Assembly: GCA_963662265.2 (NCBI GenBank)
Contig: CAXXHA010000008.1
Coordinates: forward strand, 90,004-154,003
Direction of reading: 5' to 3'
From: Spirochaetia bacterium
Lineage (GTDB): Bacteria; Spirochaetota; Spirochaetia; CADAEX01
DNA: 64,000 nt
Positions within the stretch are counted from its first letter, which is position 1, and every line of letters starts with the position of its first letter. The notes below the pieces were generated by a model. It saw nothing but the letters and a program-made list of their open reading frames with translations, did no database searches and had not been told where the DNA came from. Both the position numbers and the translations under genes were made by a program. Positions 1 through 8,481 of the stretch are shown piece by piece.

Positions 1-817
1 TCAGGTGAACCTCGGGAGATGATCCGAAAATCTGGAAATCACCGAAATCAAGGTAAACCATGTACGGGGATGGGCTTTCCATCCTGAGTTTCTTGTATGC
101 CTTGAACGGGGGAAGATCTGTCTTTATCATTATTTTTCTTGAAAGAACTACCTGAAGGAGGTTTCCTTCTGCAATTTCCCTCTTCCCCTCTTTTACCATC
201 TCTATAAACTCATCATACGGAGTCTCATAAACAACTTCAGATTCATAACCGTTTCTGTCCTGCACAAGGTAGTTGAAGTTAAGATCGTTGATTTTATTTT
301 CAATTCCTATCACTGCTTTTTCGAGGTCTGTTTCAGCTCCGTTGTAATTCACGCCGACAATATAGATCTGTTCTGTATAGTGGTCATATACAACAAAAGT
401 ATGCCCGAAAATAAACAGAGCCTCAGGAACACCTGTATCATCTTTATTCTCTGAAAAATATATCTTGTCGCAGCAGGATGCAAATTCAAATGAAAAATAC
501 CCTATTCCCCCTGCAGGGAACGGAAATTCGAGCGCCCTGTGCTGTGATGCGACCGCATTGATCACATCTGTGAAGTTGTCATTAAACTCATCAATATCAA
601 AGTCTGCATTTTCCCCTTCCACATACACTTTTCCATTTTCCTGAATAATCCTGAATGCCTCATCAATCATCAGGAGAGAATGGCGGGCCTTCCCCAGGTT
701 GTAGCTTGATGATTCAAGAACTACTTTTGCTCCCAGTTTCTCTGCCAGTGCGCATGGTGTAAAATTATCTCCAGGGATTATCCTGATGACAAGATCATCC
801 CTTTTTTCTGTAATCAT
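1..817 (-). CDS. trpE: Anthranilate synthase component I (5' part; runs off window edge)
   Basis: Manual translation from ATG at 817 with AGGAGAG SD: MITEKRDD...LESSS...GGIGYFSFE...EIAEGNLLQVVLSR...AYKKLRMESPSPYM...GSSPE, which are chorismate-binding enzyme motifs. PabB is not fully excluded. Confidence 0.85.
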   Translation of the reverse strand, partial: MITEKRDDLVIRIIPGDNFTPCALAEKLGAKVVLESSSYNLGKARHSLLMIDEAFRIIQENGKVYVEGENADFDIDEFNDNFTDVINAVASQHRALEFPFPAGGIGYFSFEFASCCDKIYFSENKDDTGVPEALFIFGHTFVVYDHYTEQIYIVGVNYNGAETDLEKAVIGIENKINDLNFNYLVQDRNGYESEVVYETPYDEFIEMVKEGKREIAEGNLLQVVLSRKIMIKTDLPPFKAYKKLRMESPSPYMVYLDFGDFQIFGSSPEVHL

Positions 818-860
818 AATCTCTCCTGTTTCTATACACAGTATCGTTTCTTTAGGTAGA

Positions 861-889
861 AACTTAACGCGGTACTTGATTTTTGTCAA
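861..889 (-). promoter_or_regulatory. sigma70-type promoter for trpE
   Basis: TTGACA-17 bp-TAAGTT on the minus strand, about 45 nt upstream of the ATG. Confidence 0.55.
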
Positions 890-1073
890 TATTTTTTCGG
901 AAAATTATTTAAAACCTGACAAAAGAGTTAAAAAACTGATAATTTTATTACATCAAATGCTGTATTCTGATAGAATTCTGATAGGTTTCTGCTAACCAGG
1001 CAGTCTCTGTCTGCCTGTCAGCTTACTGATCAGGTATCAAATTCAAGTCTTAAGAACTGGTACAGGAGGGAAA

Positions 1074-2075
1074 ATGAACAAAATCACAATAAGAAAACCT
1101 GATGACATGCATATACACCTGAGGCAGGGTGAAAATATGAAAAGCTATGCACAGGCTGCTGAATCTTATTATGCCAGAGCTCTTATAATGCCAAACACTG
1201 TTCCCCCTGTAAATTCTGCCTCTTCTCTGATTTCATACAGAAATAAAGTCCAGGAAGCAGCTCCTTCTCTCATCCCCCTGATGGCTTTCAAGCTCTACAG
1301 GGGGATGGGAAAAGAGGATGTTTACAAACTGAAGGAAGCAGGAGCTGTTGCAGGGAAGCTCTACCCTGCAGGAGCCACAACCAATTCAGAGGACGGAGTT
1401 CGAAACTGGAAAGAAATCAGAGATGCGCTTTCGGCCATGAGTGAAGCAGGAATAATGCTTTCTGTACACGGGGAAAAACCTGAATCTTTTTCACTCGACA
1501 GGGAAAAGGATTATCTCTCAGAGCTTTATGAAATCATGAATAACTTCCCGGATCTTAAAATTGTGTTTGAACATGTATCATCAAGAGAGGGGGTTAAAGC
1601 TGTTCTTGAGGGGGGGGAGAACCTTTCGGCAACAGTCACACCACACCACCTCCTTTACACACTGGATGATCTCCTGGGGGGAATGCTTAATCCGCATTTT
1701 TTCTGCAAGCCTGTGGTAAAAACCCCTTCAGACAGGGCTGCTGTTCAGGAGGCAGTATTATCAGGAAACAGTAAATTCTTCTTCGGTTCTGACAGCGCTC
1801 CCCATCCTGAAAATGCAAAATTCGGAAAATCAGGAAGCGCAGGTATTTATATAACACATGCATCTCTTCCGCTTCTTGCATCTTTTTTCGAAAAATCAGG
1901 CTGTATGGATATGCTTGAGAATTTCACTTCCCGGTTCGGAGCGGAATTCTACGGTCTTGAGCTTAACAGGGGAACAATAACGCTTGAGATGTCTCCCTGG
2001 AGTGTACCTGAAATTTCAGGGGGATCTGTACCTTTCATGGCAGGTGAAAATCTTGACTGGAAAATTATAAAATAA
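1074..2075 (+). CDS. pyrC: Dihydroorotase (E. coli-like class II)
   Basis: DDMHIHLRQG, IMPNT, KLYPAGATTNS, FFGSDSAPH motifs; AGGAGG SD. Confidence 0.93.
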   Translation: MNKITIRKPDDMHIHLRQGENMKSYAQAAESYYARALIMPNTVPPVNSASSLISYRNKVQEAAPSLIPLMAFKLYRGMGKEDVYKLKEAGAVAGKLYPAGATTNSEDGVRNWKEIRDALSAMSEAGIMLSVHGEKPESFSLDREKDYLSELYEIMNNFPDLKIVFEHVSSREGVKAVLEGGENLSATVTPHHLLYTLDDLLGGMLNPHFFCKPVVKTPSDRAAVQEAVLSGNSKFFFGSDSAPHPENAKFGKSGSAGIYITHASLPLLASFFEKSGCMDMLENFTSRFGAEFYGLELNRGTITLEMSPWSVPEISGGSVPFMAGENLDWKIIK

Positions 2076-2206
2076 CAGTGGTGAGTATTTTCAGAAAATA
2101 AAGATTGAATGCCCGGAAATTCCTTAATTCTTATAATTGTTTGCAGTACTTAAACATAATCAGGCATCAGCATGGCATGAATTATCAGGAATATACGGAG
2201 AAAATA

Positions 2207-2716
2207 ATGAAAAAATATCTGGTTTTAATGATAATGATACGGACAGTATCCCTCCTCTATTCGGAAGAGACTGAACTTCTGAAAACAGAGGGGAAAAGCG
2301 ATAAAAATGTGAGCCTTGATTCAATTGATAAGAAACTTGAAGGGAAAGCTAAACTGGGTCTTTCTCTGGGCACGGTAACAGGAATCACATTCGGTTTTCA
2401 GGCCACAAGAATTATGGAACTGAATGCAGTTGTCGATATTTTCGACCTGGGCGATTTCGCAGGGGGAATGAGCGTACTTTTTGCATTACTGGACCTTGAA
2501 GCAGGCGATGCAGTATTTCCGGTTACAGCAGGGCCGGCTGTAGTTTTTAAAGCAGGAAACAATGAAAAAACAGATATCCTCGGAATAATCAGAATTGAAT
2601 ATGATTTTACAGATATTCCCTTGAACCTTTACCTTGAGGGGGGGATTGGGCTTAAGATAATACCTGATATAAAGACTGCCGGAGAAGGTGCACTTGGAGT
2701 CAGGTATATATTCTGA
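2207..2716 (+). CDS. Putative small outer-membrane beta-barrel protein (spirochaetal DUF3996-like)
   Basis: Start reassigned to ATG 2207 (GGAG SD). Signal-peptide-like N-terminus, alternating beta-strand pattern, and C-terminal ALGVRYIF with terminal Phe. Confidence 0.55.
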   Translation: MKKYLVLMIMIRTVSLLYSEETELLKTEGKSDKNVSLDSIDKKLEGKAKLGLSLGTVTGITFGFQATRIMELNAVVDIFDLGDFAGGMSVLFALLDLEAGDAVFPVTAGPAVVFKAGNNEKTDILGIIRIEYDFTDIPLNLYLEGGIGLKIIPDIKTAGEGALGVRYIF

Positions 2717-3007
2717 CTCCAGGAATTAAAAAACATAAATCTGCTTGAAATAAGAAGGATTATTTCTAAAAGCGGCAACATGACAGGTTGGGATCTCTAC
2801 CTGCCTCTTTCAGTGTTGATAGAATACAGCTGAAAATTAAAGAAAAACACCCTGAAGATCTGCTCTGTAGGGTGTTAATCTAGAAATATCATCTGTCAGA
2901 TTCTTTGCCAGACCGCTTATACTGCAAGTAATGACAGGGAATCTGAAGATAACAAATGCGGCCATCTGTCTGTCATGACTGGATGCAGCATTTTTTATAT
3001 ATGTATT

Positions 3008-3916
3008 CTAAAGAATTCCCAGTGATTTCTTCAGGGAATTGAGAGTATTTTTCATCAGCATTGTGATTGTCATCGGCCCGACCCCGCCCGGTACAGGGGT
3101 AATGGAACCTGCAATCCCGCTTATTTCATCAAAATCAACATCACCCTTGAGAACAGCAATATTTTTACCTGTTTTTTTACTTATTTTTTCACCAATCCTG
3201 TTGACCCCGACATCTATGACACATGCCCCGGGCTTTACCCATTCAGGCTTTACAAGTCCCGGAACACCGGCAGCAACTATAAGTATATCAGCCCTTCTGC
3301 AGTGAACATCCATCTCTTTTGTTCCTGTGTGAACTACAGTTACTGTTGCATTAGCCCTCTCGCCTTTCTGGAGAAGCATGTTTGCAACCGGTTTGCCCAC
3401 AACATTTGACCTGCCGACAACAACAACTTCCGCCCCGTTTGTCTCAACACCTGATCTCTTTATCAGCTCGATAATTCCTGCAGGTGTGCAGGGGGGGAAT
3501 ATAGCTTCTTTACCGCCTACAATGAGCCTCCCCACATTTACCGGGTGAAATCCGTCAACATCCTTTTCAGGATCAATAGCATAGATGATTTTTTTCTCAT
3601 CAATATGCTTCGGCAGGGGAAGCTGGACAAGTACTCCGTTGATTGAATCATCATTGTTATACTTATCAATTTCTGCAAGAAGATCTTTCTCTGAAACAGT
3701 ATCCGGAAGGTTAACCTGAACCTCATGAAACCCGAGACTTTCCGCCGTCTTTATTTTAAGTGTCACATAGGAAACTGATGCGGGATTCTCCCCCACGAGA
3801 ATAGTCACAAGTCCGGGGATTTTCCCGTATTTCTCTTTTATTGAATCAGTCTCCTCTTTGATTTCCCTGAGGATTTCTTTTCTGATCTCTGTACCACTGA
3901 TTATTTTAGCTGCCAA
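3008..3916 (-). CDS. folD: Methylenetetrahydrofolate dehydrogenase/cyclohydrolase
   Basis: VQLPLPKH, KDVDGFHP, PCTPAG, GRSNVVGKP, TPVPGGVGPMT motifs; TTG start. Confidence 0.96.
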   Translation of the reverse strand: MAAKIISGTEIRKEILREIKEETDSIKEKYGKIPGLVTILVGENPASVSYVTLKIKTAESLGFHEVQVNLPDTVSEKDLLAEIDKYNNDDSINGVLVQLPLPKHIDEKKIIYAIDPEKDVDGFHPVNVGRLIVGGKEAIFPPCTPAGIIELIKRSGVETNGAEVVVVGRSNVVGKPVANMLLQKGERANATVTVVHTGTKEMDVHCRRADILIVAAGVPGLVKPEWVKPGACVIDVGVNRIGEKISKKTGKNIAVLKGDVDFDEISGIAGSITPVPGGVGPMTITMLMKNTLNSLKKSLGIL

Positions 3917-3994
3917 ATCATCTCCCTGTTTTCATTTCTTTTTATATATTAAAAAAAGCGCCGGATTATATCACGGCGCTATTATAACATGTTT

Positions 3995-4846
3995 TCAACC
4001 CAGAAGCGCTTTAAGCTCTTCAAGTGTTTCCTTTTTTATGCTGAATGAGTGTTCAGGTCCCGGAAAACTTCCCTCCTTGACCTCTCTGCTGTACATGGAA
4101 AGCGCCTTGACAGATTCTGAATAAATATCTGCATAAACCTTCACAAACTTTGGTGTAAACTTCCTGTACATTCCAAGCATGTCATGATAGACAAGTACCT
4201 GCCCGTCACACCCTGCGCCTGCTCCTATTCCTATAGTAGGGACAGAAATCTTTTCCGTGATAATTTGTGCAAGCCCTGAAGGAATTGCTTCAAGCACTAT
4301 TGCATATGCACCTGCCTCATCAAGGGCTACAGCATCATCCACCATTTTCTTTGCAGCATCAAGCTTCTTACCCTGTACCTTGTGTCCCCCGAGAAGTGCT
4401 GCTGTCTGGGGAGTTAGCCCTATGTGGCCGCATACCGGGATACCTGCCTTGAATACAGCGCTAACTGTATCGGCATAGTCTGTCCCCCCTTCAAGCTTGA
4501 CAGAATCGGCCCTTCCTTTCTGGTAGAGTATGCCTGCATTTTCTATTGCCTGTTCTTTTGAAATATTGTAGCTCATGAAAGGCATATCGCCAATAACATG
4601 GGTATCCGGTGCTCCCCTCGTAACAGCCCTGATATGGATAAGCATATCATCCATTGTAACCGGGACTGTATCGCTGTATCCCAGTTCCACCATACCGAGA
4701 GAATCCCCGACAAGAATCATATCTACCCCGGCTTCCTCTGCTATCTGGGCCTGCGGATAGGAATAGGCAGTTACAACAGATATTTTATCTCCCTCTTTTT
4801 TCATGTCTTTAAGATTATTAAGAAGCAGTTTGCTGTTTCCTGACAT
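3995..4846 (-). CDS. panB: 3-methyl-2-oxobutanoate hydroxymethyltransferase
   Basis: LVGDSLGM, GDMPFMSY, VKLEGG, GHIGLTPQ, IGIGAG, GQVLV motifs. Confidence 0.96.
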   Translation of the reverse strand: MSGNSKLLLNNLKDMKKEGDKISVVTAYSYPQAQIAEEAGVDMILVGDSLGMVELGYSDTVPVTMDDMLIHIRAVTRGAPDTHVIGDMPFMSYNISKEQAIENAGILYQKGRADSVKLEGGTDYADTVSAVFKAGIPVCGHIGLTPQTAALLGGHKVQGKKLDAAKKMVDDAVALDEAGAYAIVLEAIPSGLAQIITEKISVPTIGIGAGAGCDGQVLVYHDMLGMYRKFTPKFVKVYADIYSESVKALSMYSREVKEGSFPGPEHSFSIKKETLEELKALLG

Positions 4847-5058
4847 AATTACATCTCCTCATTATTTCAGTCATTCAATTTTCAGGCATTTTACCCATCT
4901 GATCCATATAACGGAAACCATATCAGATATTACCTGATACATCCGGCAGATCAGACAGCTGAAATATTTCTTCCATATCACACATATATTTAATGCATGA
5001 CAGATTATTCACAGAAATCTTTGTAAATTATTCACTTTTTCTGTAAAATCCAAAAATA

Positions 5059-6315
5059 TTAAAGTATATCGGAAATCACCTTGATTATTTTCTCCGCAAC
5101 TTCCTGCTTTGTAGCCATGGGTATCTTTATGTTCAGTCCCTCCCTGGAGAGCAGAATCATCTCGTTTGTGTCTGATTCAAACCCGGCACCGGATTTTGAA
5201 ACATCATTGACTGCAATCATATCAGCTGCCGCCTTGTTCATTCTCCAGGATGCATTTTCAACAAGGTCTTTTTCCTCCATATCATGAAGAGCCCTGAATG
5301 CAAGGAGAAATATATCAGGATACTTTTCCCTGATACTGTCTATAATCTTCGGTGTGGGTTTCAGTTCTATTGTAAGTCTGTCCCTGTTATGGGTTGAAAC
5401 CTTCTCAGATGAAGGATTAAGAGCCTGCCAGTCTCCGACAGCTGCAGCCGATGCAAAGAGGTCATATTTTTCCCCTGAAAGCTCGCTGTGGACTGCCCTG
5501 AACATTTTTTCCGCTGTTTCACCGTCAACAACTTTTATTCTTGATGATGGCTTAACTGTTATCTTACCAGCCACAAGCGTGACATCCGCCCCTGCCCTTA
5601 GTGCGGCTTCCGCAATTGCTACCCCCATCTTGCCTGATGAGTTGTTTGATATCACCCTGACAGGATCAAGGTATTCTACAGTCCTTCCCGCTGTCACAAG
5701 CACCCTCTTGCCTTTAAGCGGCTTGTTTTCAGTCTCGCTGTCCAGTATTTCTATGACTTTTTCAAGTATATCGCTGTTTTCAGGTATTTTAGCCTTACCC
5801 TCTTCGACACGGGGCATCATGACAGTAATACTGTTTTCTTCAAGCTTTCTGATGTTTTCCTTTACAAAAGGATGCCTGTACATAGGCTCATGCATTGCAG
5901 GGACCACGATAAGAGGTATCCCCTCGCCGAGGCCTGTAGTGACAAATGTTGTCACAGGTGTATCATCTATTCCGCATGCAATTTTTCCCACAGTGTTGGC
6001 TGTTGCAGGAGCTACAAGGATAAGATCTGCCTTTCCCTTGACATTTCCTGCCAGTGAAACATGTTCAACTTTGCCAGTTATTTCAGTTACTGCCTCATTT
6101 CCTGTCGCCCAGTGCATGAGGTCCGGGTGAATTATACCGCAGGCAGCCCTGCTCATAACAGGATAAACATCTGCCCCGTATCTCATGAGAAGCCTTGCAA
6201 TTTCAGATGCTCTCACTGCAGCAACACTCCCGCTTATGCAAAGCACTATTTTCTTTCCGCAAAGATCATCTGACAGAGTGCCTTTTATATCAAGGGAGGG
6301 ATGTTTTTCAGTCAT
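5059..6315 (-). CDS. coaBC: Bifunctional phosphopantothenoylcysteine decarboxylase/synthetase, archaeal-type
   Basis: Flavoprotein domain (SGSVAA, EHVSLA, APATAN, PAMH) plus synthetase domain (TAGRTVEYLDPVRVISNNSSGKMG, AAVGD, LKPTPKII). HPSLDI N-terminal extension and PRVEEGKAK clamp. Confidence 0.93.
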   Translation of the reverse strand: MTEKHPSLDIKGTLSDDLCGKKIVLCISGSVAAVRASEIARLLMRYGADVYPVMSRAACGIIHPDLMHWATGNEAVTEITGKVEHVSLAGNVKGKADLILVAPATANTVGKIACGIDDTPVTTFVTTGLGEGIPLIVVPAMHEPMYRHPFVKENIRKLEENSITVMMPRVEEGKAKIPENSDILEKVIEILDSETENKPLKGKRVLVTAGRTVEYLDPVRVISNNSSGKMGVAIAEAALRAGADVTLVAGKITVKPSSRIKVVDGETAEKMFRAVHSELSGEKYDLFASAAAVGDWQALNPSSEKVSTHNRDRLTIELKPTPKIIDSIREKYPDIFLLAFRALHDMEEKDLVENASWRMNKAAADMIAVNDVSKSGAGFESDTNEMILLSREGLNIKIPMATKQEVAEKIIKVISDIL

Positions 6316-6380
6316 ATTTCACTCCTATAACATGATAAAACAGTTTTTTATCATTACTTTCCTGACGCTATTATAATACT

Positions 6381-6639
6381 GCTTTCGAGCACTTTCTCTT
6401 CGAGAAAGTCTCTGTCGCTTATTGCAAAACAGGGTTTTGCAATTTTTCGAGCACTTCCTTTCAGGGAGTCTCTGTCGCTGATGATAAAAACTTATCATTT
6501 CTTTCTTAAACGCTTTCGAGCACTTCCTTCCAGGGAGTCTCTGTCGCTGATGATAAAAACTTATCATTTCTTTCTTAAACGCTTTCGAGCACTTCCTTTC
6601 AGGAAGTCTCTGTCGCTAATGATAAAAACTTATCATTTC
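6381..6639. repeat. Four-copy tandem structured repeat (period 62, 69, 69 bp)
   Basis: TTTCGAGCACT...AGTCTCTGTCGCT core starts at 6383, 6445, 6514 and 6583, each followed by a palindrome (ATGATAAAAACTTATCAT or ATTGCAAAACAGGGTTTTGCAAT). Confidence 0.95.
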
Positions 6640-6688
6640 CTGTTTTATTATATATTCAGGTTTGTTTTATTCCTTTGCAGCATCAGCC

Positions 6689-7468
6689 TCACACAGTGTC
6701 TGCAAGTTCTTTCACATGTTCAGAAATATGTATAAGCGATGCTTTGAGTACTGCCCGGTTATCATACTGTTTAAGAAGACTCTGGAGTTCTTCCCTGCTT
6801 TTATCTTTCATCTTTCCAATATAGTTGCAGATACATGGCAGAGCACGTGTAATATTGTCAATAATTGAAATATCTGCTTTTCGGGGAGTCCTCGAAATGG
6901 GATTAAGATCAACAGTTACAACTTTCTTTCCCATTGCAACAAGTGCATCTGTCCTGTCTCCGTCTTCAAGAGGAACAAAGACAAGGTCGGCTTTTAGTAT
7001 CCCGTCAGGGTCCACTATTCTCCTGTCACTTGAGAGTTCGGGGATTGTTGCACCCATTTTAAGTCTCTCCTCGGTACCGAGGACCTCATCAGCGCCTGCC
7101 TTCTCAAGGACTTCAAGTATTGCAGCTTCCCGTCCATTTTCCCTGTAAAAAAGGTTTATCTCGAGTTTTGCACCTGAGATTTTTGAAAGCTCAACAAGTT
7201 CTTCGGGGACCAGCTGTGCGACATTGCCGTTAACAGAAATTACAGGACGTTCTGCCAGAAGAAAAGCTGCTGCTGCTGCCTCGCATGCCCTGTCTGCAAA
7301 AGGGGCTGTCTTTTCCCCTATCAGGTAATCAAAAGCCTCGCCCCTTCCCTGGGCAATAAGACCTGCCGGAGCCACAATTTTCTTTTCGCATCCCTTTATC
7401 AGGTTATGCCTTATCATCATCGCCTTGTAGCGGGGATGATCTTCCGGTATATTAATCTTCACTGACAA
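6689..7468 (-). CDS. 4'-phosphopantoate--beta-alanine ligase (phosphopantothenate synthetase, PPS; archaeal COG1701 family)
   Basis: IPEDHPRY, GLIAQGRGEAFDYLIGEKT, PVISVNGN, EINLFYR, VPLEDGDRT, VDLNPISRT and IIDNITRA are diagnostic of the archaeal PPS family. Confidence 0.93.
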   Translation of the reverse strand: MSVKINIPEDHPRYKAMMIRHNLIKGCEKKIVAPAGLIAQGRGEAFDYLIGEKTAPFADRACEAAAAAFLLAERPVISVNGNVAQLVPEELVELSKISGAKLEINLFYRENGREAAILEVLEKAGADEVLGTEERLKMGATIPELSSDRRIVDPDGILKADLVFVPLEDGDRTDALVAMGKKVVTVDLNPISRTPRKADISIIDNITRALPCICNYIGKMKDKSREELQSLLKQYDNRAVLKASLIHISEHVKELADTV

Positions 7469-8384
7469 TTCTTACTCCCCCTTTTGCAATATTTGAATAA
7501 AAAAGCTGAGGTTTAACATCTGAATCAATCTTTTTTATTATTTCAGTATATATTTTCTGCATTTTTCCAAGCTCATCCTTGTCTATAATTGAGAAAGTAC
7601 CCTCGCCGAACATAAGCATACTGCTTTTTATTCCCCTGAGGTCAAGTTCATCAAGTATCATTCTGACACTGGATGGAATAATTCCCGTACTTTCAGCAAA
7701 TGCTCTCGAGTATTCCATGAATCTCTCAAATTCCGGAGTCTCCTGTATCATGCTGTGGTATTTTTCACCGCTTTTCATAATACTTTCACGGACTTCAGGG
7801 TTGCTTAAAGCCTCGCTTGTGGAATAGGGACCGAAAACTATGAATGCGGCATAAAGCCCTTTCGGATACTTTATTGAAATAGTCTTCCCTATTCCGGGGG
7901 CTCCCGGTTCAACAAGGACTTTGAATCCCCCCATGGTCTCTCCCATGACTGTACCGAGACCTGTCTTGCAGAGGACTTCAGCGACATGCGCTATCTGGGA
8001 TACCTTGATTGCGCTCAGCGGATCATTGTAGAGGCGGTTCAGAGCAAATGCAAGGCTCAAGGCGCCTGAACCGCTTGATCCGAAACCTGCGCCCTGGGGC
8101 GTCTCAATATGATGCCTGATATCGACCTGCCTGTACGGGATATCTGCCCAATCATGAAAAAGTTCAACAACTTTCCTGCTGACAGGAGCATCACAGTTCT
8201 TATCACGGTTAATGGAAACAGCAGTCTCTGATATTTTGCTGTTAAACGAAACTGAAGTAAAAGCTCCCTTTTTCAGGGAAAACCCGGATCCCAGAGATCC
8301 CCTGTAGAGGGGGTCTTCAATCAGATCCTTCATATAAAACAATCCGGTAACGTGACCGGGAGAAAACGCAATAACCTTGTTCAT
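7452..8384 (-). CDS. Pantoate kinase (PoK; GHMP superfamily, archaeal COG1829 family)
   Basis: AFSPGHVTGLF, GSLGSGF, PQGAGFGSSGSGAL (GHMP ATP loop), AHVAEV..KTGLGTV, PGAPG. Overlaps the PPS gene. Confidence 0.9.
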   Translation of the reverse strand: MNKVIAFSPGHVTGLFYMKDLIEDPLYRGSLGSGFSLKKGAFTSVSFNSKISETAVSINRDKNCDAPVSRKVVELFHDWADIPYRQVDIRHHIETPQGAGFGSSGSGALSLAFALNRLYNDPLSAIKVSQIAHVAEVLCKTGLGTVMGETMGGFKVLVEPGAPGIGKTISIKYPKGLYAAFIVFGPYSTSEALSNPEVRESIMKSGEKYHSMIQETPEFERFMEYSRAFAESTGIIPSSVRMILDELDLRGIKSSMLMFGEGTFSIIDKDELGKMQKIYTEIIKKIDSDVKPQLFYSNIAKGGVRIVSED

Positions 8385-8481
8385 AACACTGAGTATCTAA
8401 CATAAGCGTTTTTTTTTCAACACTATACATAAAGGTTATCAACTACTTACAAAAGAATGAGTTTCTGTTATGCTTGGAATA

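Noticed and set aside
818-900. trp attenuator, T-box or TrpR operator
   Set aside because: The predicted promoter is only about 45 nt from the start, with no Trp-codon leader peptide, no T-box, and only a poor GTAC half-site.
2960-2995. ZTP (pfl) riboswitch near folD (GTCATGACTGG)
   Set aside because: It lies downstream of and antisense to folD and lacks the 3' CGCCTGGG hairpin.
5354-6130. 258-aa plus-strand ORF and the many other antisense ORFs in the track (e.g. 25486-25983, 58746-59351, 59480-60025)
   Set aside because: They are shadow frames opposite well-supported genes, with Ser/Phe/Ile-rich composition typical of antisense translation.
6440-6600. Hammerhead ribozyme in the repeat (CTGATGA and CGAAA present)
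   Set aside because: CTGATGA is on the plus strand but CGAAA is on the minus strand, so the catalytic core cannot form in one RNA.
6381-6639. CRISPR array
   Set aside because: The sequences between the conserved cores are near-identical palindromes rather than unique spacers, and there are no cas genes in the window.
6325-6735. ORFs 6325-6567 (-) and 6481-6735 (+)
   Set aside because: They are open only because the 69-bp period is a multiple of three; there is no convincing SD or protein-like composition.
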